This document shows positions 60,274-64,000 of a stretch of DNA of 64,000 bases, piece after piece (position 1 is the stretch's first letter; the number at the start of each line of letters is the position of its first letter). Position numbers and translations under genes: made by a program. Source of the stretch: Methylophagaceae bacterium (GTDB taxonomy: Bacteria; Pseudomonadota; Gammaproteobacteria; Nitrosococcales; Methylophagaceae). The stretch lies in the NCBI GenBank assembly GCA_048595465.1, contig JBJPGE010000001.1:4445-68444 (forward strand). Reading direction: 5' to 3'. Below the pieces are notes generated by a model, which made no database searches, was not told the origin of the DNA, and worked only from the letters and a program-made list of their open reading frames with translations.

Positions 60274-60870
60274 ATGTCGAAACTTAAAATCTGTTTATTT
60301 ATTGCCAGTTTGATACCTGCAATCTGGCTCACGTATGCCTTGTTAACAAATCAGTTGGGTGCAAACCCCATTGAAGCTATCACGCGTGAATCAGGTTTAT
60401 GGGCATTACGCTTTTTATGGTTAACATTATTAATAACGCCATTACGTTGGTTAACAGGCTGGAATGTCATCGTGACACTTAGGCGCATGCTGGGCCTGTA
60501 TGTGTTTTTTTATGCCACGCTTCATATGCTGCTTTATTTATGGTTAGATCAGTTTTTTGATATTAACGACATAATCAAAGACATTATTAAACGGCCGTTT
60601 ATCACTATTGGCTTTTTTACTTTTACATCACTTATCCCTTTAGCGATAACCTCCAATAACGCTATGGTTAAACGATTGGGCGGAAAACGCTGGAAGAAAT
60701 TACATCGGTTAACCTATTTTATTGCTATTGCCAGCTCAATTCATTTTTATATGCTGGTAAAACAAGATAAAACAGAGCCATTATTTTATATGGCTTTGCT
60801 GGCGATATTATTAGGTGCTCGCATATATCGAACGTATTTACGCCCTAAAATGAGTGCTTTGCAATCTTAA
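60274..60870 (+). CDS. msrQ: protein-methionine-sulfoxide reductase heme-binding subunit MsrQ
   Basis: 198 aa and 6 TM. GLWALRFLWLTLLITPLR, conserved His residues (ATLHMLLY, IHFYM) and WKKLHRLTY. Confidence 0.88.
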   Translation: MSKLKICLFIASLIPAIWLTYALLTNQLGANPIEAITRESGLWALRFLWLTLLITPLRWLTGWNVIVTLRRMLGLYVFFYATLHMLLYLWLDQFFDINDIIKDIIKRPFITIGFFTFTSLIPLAITSNNAMVKRLGGKRWKKLHRLTYFIAIASSIHFYMLVKQDKTEPLFYMALLAILLGARIYRTYLRPKMSALQS

Positions 60871-60964
60871 AAAATAGACATTATTTATTGCTAAAGCCTG
60901 CCTGAAAGTAAGCAAAACTGTTACAATACTTCACTATTTAAATGTTCAGGTGTGAAGGTGCTTA

Positions 60965-63619
60965 ATGACTGATTTTGTTGATAACGATCCACAAGAAACC
61001 CAAGAATGGTTGGATGCCTTAGAATCTATTATTGAAGTTGAAGGTGATGAAAAAGCACATTATCTTTTAGAAAAATTGATTGATATGGCGCGCCGAAGTG
61101 GTGTCAACCTTCCATACAGCTCTAATACGGCGTATGTGAATAGCATTCCTGTGGACCAACAAGAACGTATTCCTGGCGATCAGGATATGGAACAAAAAAT
61201 ACGATCATATATCCGTTGGAATGCGATGGCGATGGTGACAAAAGCCAATCTTAAACCTGGTGCTGTCGGCGGACATATTGCTAGTTTTGCATCGTCAGCA
61301 ACTATGTATGATGTGGGTTTTAATCACTTCTTCAAAGGTGATAACCACGGCAATGGCGCCGACTTAGTGTTCTTCCAAGGCCATATTGCTCCGGGTATTT
61401 ATGCACGTTCATTCCTTGAAGGTCGTTTAACAGAAGATCAATTAAATAACTTCCGTTTTGAAGCTGACGGTAAAGGCTTGTCATCTTATCCCCATCCTTG
61501 GTTAATGCCTGACTACTGGCAGTTCCCGACTGTATCTATGGGCCTAGGTCCTATCCTTGCTATCTACCAAGCACGATTCATGAAGTATATGGAACATCGG
61601 GAAATCAAAGAAACTGCAGGCAGAAATGTCTGGGCTTACTTGGGTGATGGTGAAATGGATGAGCCCGAATCGTTAGGTGCAATTACCTTAGCTGGCCGTG
61701 AAAAACTAGATAATTTAACGTTTGTAATTAACTGTAATTTACAACGGTTAGATGGCCCAGTTCGTGGTAATGGTAAGATAATTCAAGAATTAGAAGCTGT
61801 ATTCCGTGGCGCCGGCTGGAATGTGATTAAAGTTATCTGGGGCTCAGAATGGGATCAATTATTAGCCAAAGATAAAAATGGTTTATTACTTAAGCGAATG
61901 GAAGAAGTGGTTGATGGTGAGTACCAAAACTATAAAGCTAAAGATGGCGCCTATGTACGGGAAAATTTCTTTGGGAAATATCCAGAACTATTAGAAATGG
62001 TGTCGGATATGACTGACCAAGATATCTGGCGTTTAAGCCGTGGTGGACATGACCCACGTAAAGTTTATGCTGCTTATAAGAAAGCCAGCGACCATAAAGG
62101 CCAGCCAACAGTAATACTAGCTAAAACAGTAAAAGGTTACGGTATGGGTGAAGCGGGCGAAGCTCAAAATACTACACATTCACAGAAGAGTTTAGGTGTG
62201 GAACAAATGAAAGTGTTCCGTGACCGATTCAATATTCCATTATCTGATGAGCAAGTAGAAGATATCCCTTACATTAGTCTAGATGATGATAGTGATGAGA
62301 AAAAGTACCTATTAGCACGTCGTGAAGAGTTGGGTGGTTTCTTACCTAAACGTAACCATAGTGCGCCAGCACTAAAAACGCCTGACTTAAGCATTTTTAA
62401 TGCACTGCTAAAATCAACAGGTGATAGAGAAATTTCTACTACCATGGCATTTGTGCGAATTCTTACTGCATTAATTCGTGATAAAGAAGTGGGTCAAAAC
62501 ATCGTGCCTATCGTGCCAGATGAAGCGCGAACCTTTGGTATGGAAGGTTTGTTCCGTTCATTTGGTATTTACTCATCATCGGGTCAATTATATGAACCAG
62601 AAGATTCAGGCAAAGTAATGTGGTATCGCGAAGATACTAAAGGCCAGATCTTACAAGAAGGCATCAATGAAGCCGGTGCCATGTCTGAGTGGATATCGGC
62701 ATCTACTGCGTATTCAAATTACAATGTCAATATGGTGCCATTCTATATTTATTACTCTATGTTTGGTTTTCAACGTATTGGTGATTTAGCATGGCTTGCA
62801 GGTGATATTCAAGCAAAAGGCTTCTTGGTTGGCGCCACGGCGGGCCGAACATCACTGAATGGTGAAGGCTTACAACATGAAGATGGTCATAGTCTTATTT
62901 TGGCTGGTACGATTCCTAATTGTGTAAGTTATGATCCAACGTATGCCTATGAAATGGCAGTGATTATTCATGATGGTTTCCGTCGTATGTATGAAGAACA
63001 AGAAAGCGTGTTCTACTACATTACGGCTATGAATGAAAATTACACACATCCTGAAATGCCAACAGGTGTTGAAGCTAGTATTCTTAAGGGATTGTACAAA
63101 TTAAAATCAGGTGGTAAACATAAGCTTAAAGCACAGCTTTTAGGTGGTGGAACTATCTTGCGAGAAGTTGAAGCGGCAGCTGAATTATTAGAAAAAGAGT
63201 GGAACGTTTCTGCTAATGTGTGGAGTGCGACCAGTATTAATGAATTGGCTCGTGATGGACAAGCTGTTGACCGATATAACCGTTTACATCCTGAAACAGA
63301 CAAGAAACAAAGCTATGTTGCAGAATGCTTGAATGCGGAAGAGGGCGTTGTTGTTGCTTCAACAGATTATATGCGTCAATATGCTGAGCAAATTCGTCCG
63401 TGGATCGACTCAGCGTATACCGTGTTAGGAACTGATGGCTTTGGTCGTAGTGATACACGTGAAAGTTTACGTAGTTTCTTTGAAGTTGATCGTTACCATG
63501 TAGTCGTTGCTACATTAAATACATTGGCTGATGATGGTCAAATTGGCCATGATGTCGTTGCAAAAGCGATTAAGCAATACAACATCGATACTGAAGCAAT
63601 GAACCCAATTAAAGTATAA
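60965..63619 (+). CDS. aceE: pyruvate dehydrogenase E1 component (homodimeric type)
   Basis: 884 aa. DPQETQEWLDALESI, GGHIASFASSA, YLGDGEMDEPES and NCNLQRLDGPVRGN motifs. Confidence 0.95.
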   Translation: MTDFVDNDPQETQEWLDALESIIEVEGDEKAHYLLEKLIDMARRSGVNLPYSSNTAYVNSIPVDQQERIPGDQDMEQKIRSYIRWNAMAMVTKANLKPGAVGGHIASFASSATMYDVGFNHFFKGDNHGNGADLVFFQGHIAPGIYARSFLEGRLTEDQLNNFRFEADGKGLSSYPHPWLMPDYWQFPTVSMGLGPILAIYQARFMKYMEHREIKETAGRNVWAYLGDGEMDEPESLGAITLAGREKLDNLTFVINCNLQRLDGPVRGNGKIIQELEAVFRGAGWNVIKVIWGSEWDQLLAKDKNGLLLKRMEEVVDGEYQNYKAKDGAYVRENFFGKYPELLEMVSDMTDQDIWRLSRGGHDPRKVYAAYKKASDHKGQPTVILAKTVKGYGMGEAGEAQNTTHSQKSLGVEQMKVFRDRFNIPLSDEQVEDIPYISLDDDSDEKKYLLARREELGGFLPKRNHSAPALKTPDLSIFNALLKSTGDREISTTMAFVRILTALIRDKEVGQNIVPIVPDEARTFGMEGLFRSFGIYSSSGQLYEPEDSGKVMWYREDTKGQILQEGINEAGAMSEWISASTAYSNYNVNMVPFYIYYSMFGFQRIGDLAWLAGDIQAKGFLVGATAGRTSLNGEGLQHEDGHSLILAGTIPNCVSYDPTYAYEMAVIIHDGFRRMYEEQESVFYYITAMNENYTHPEMPTGVEASILKGLYKLKSGGKHKLKAQLLGGGTILREVEAAAELLEKEWNVSANVWSATSINELARDGQAVDRYNRLHPETDKKQSYVAECLNAEEGVVVASTDYMRQYAEQIRPWIDSAYTVLGTDGFGRSDTRESLRSFFEVDRYHVVVATLNTLADDGQIGHDVVAKAIKQYNIDTEAMNPIKV

Positions 63620-63642
63620 AACAAGGCTAGGTACATAAAGAT

Positions 63643-64000
63643 ATGGCAGATTTAATAGATTTAGTAGTTCCCGATATTGGTGACTTTGATGAAGTAGAAG
63701 TGATTGAAGTTTTGGTATCTGTAGGTGATACAGTAGAAGAAAACCAAGATATTATTACCTTAGAATCAGATAAAGCGGCGATGGAAATTCCTGCTTCTCA
63801 TGCAGGCGTGATTAAAGAGCTTAAAATTAATGTAGGCGATAAAGTAAAAGAAGGTTCTATCATTGCCGTGATCGAATCAAGTGATGCTAGTGTGCCCGAA
63901 GCTAAAGCCGAATCAACACCTAAAGAAGAATCAGCTTCTGCACCATCTGCTCCCGCAGTAGCACCGGTGCCTACTGAATTAGTAGAAAATATTCCTTATG
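63643..64000 (+). CDS. aceF: dihydrolipoyllysine-residue acetyltransferase E2 (5' part, continues beyond window)
   Basis: An ATG at 63643 opens a frame that runs to the window edge. It encodes a lipoyl domain (VPDIGDFDEVEVIEVLV..GD.V...Q.IITLESDKAAMEIPA) followed by an Ala/Pro linker. Absent from the ORF track because there is no stop. Confidence 0.9.
   Translation, partial: MADLIDLVVPDIGDFDEVEVIEVLVSVGDTVEENQDIITLESDKAAMEIPASHAGVIKELKINVGDKVKEGSIIAVIESSDASVPEAKAESTPKEESASAPSAPAVAPVPTELVENIPY

Noticed and set aside
60871-60964. Possible PdhR operator or strong promoter upstream of aceE
   Set aside because: Only an extended -10-like tgttacaat is visible, with a poor -35. No AATTGGT...ACCAATT-type palindrome is present. 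This is too weak to report as a feature.
1-64000. Mobile elements, prophage, integrases, tRNA/rRNA genes and toxin-antitoxin or known defence systems
   Set aside because: No ORF shows transposase, integrase, phage or Cas-like motifs. No intergenic region has a tRNA-like acceptor/T-arm sequence. The window reads as core chromosome.

Overview
AT-rich (by eye, not computed) chromosomal segment of a gammaproteobacterium; the gene order rpe-gph-trpEGDC and pcnB-folK-panBCD resembles Pseudomonas/Oceanospirillales/Thiotrichales-type genomes. It is densely coded, about 65 CDS, mostly core housekeeping: ribBA tail, lpxB, rnhB, nadC, ampD, pcnB, folK, panBCD, crp, trpEGDC, gph, rpe, apbC, dcd, pepN, purL, apt, gyrA, pheA, ispH, msrPQ, aceE and the aceF start. 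I found no rRNA, tRNA, CRISPR array, transposase, integrase or prophage genes. The most interesting locus is 57.2-60.9 kb. An ECF sigma factor and a small soluble zinc-finger anti-sigma lie divergent from a secreted HvfA/bufferin-like protein with nine K-C-G motifs built on a 45-bp tandem repeat, followed by a terminator, a DoxX protein and MsrPQ. The MNIO (DUF692) and DUF2063 maturase genes that normally sit between such a precursor and DoxX are absent. Other loci worth a second look: a DUF1538 x2 + P-II-like + CBS cassette (3.3-5.6 kb); a GluR0-type ligand-gated channel with a non-K+ selectivity filter next to a symporter/porin operon and a Kv-type channel (11.4-15.9 kb); a membrane-anchored ACP-like protein with a WD40 lipoprotein (28.2-30.0 kb); a thrombospondin-type-3/OmpA protein with an HhH membrane protein (40.8-42.5 kb); an orphan secreted Cys protein in an AT-rich gap (47.0-48.0 kb); and long palindromic repeats in the lpxB-rnhB and trpG-trpD spacers. 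All functional calls come from motif and architecture recognition by eye; no database search was run.
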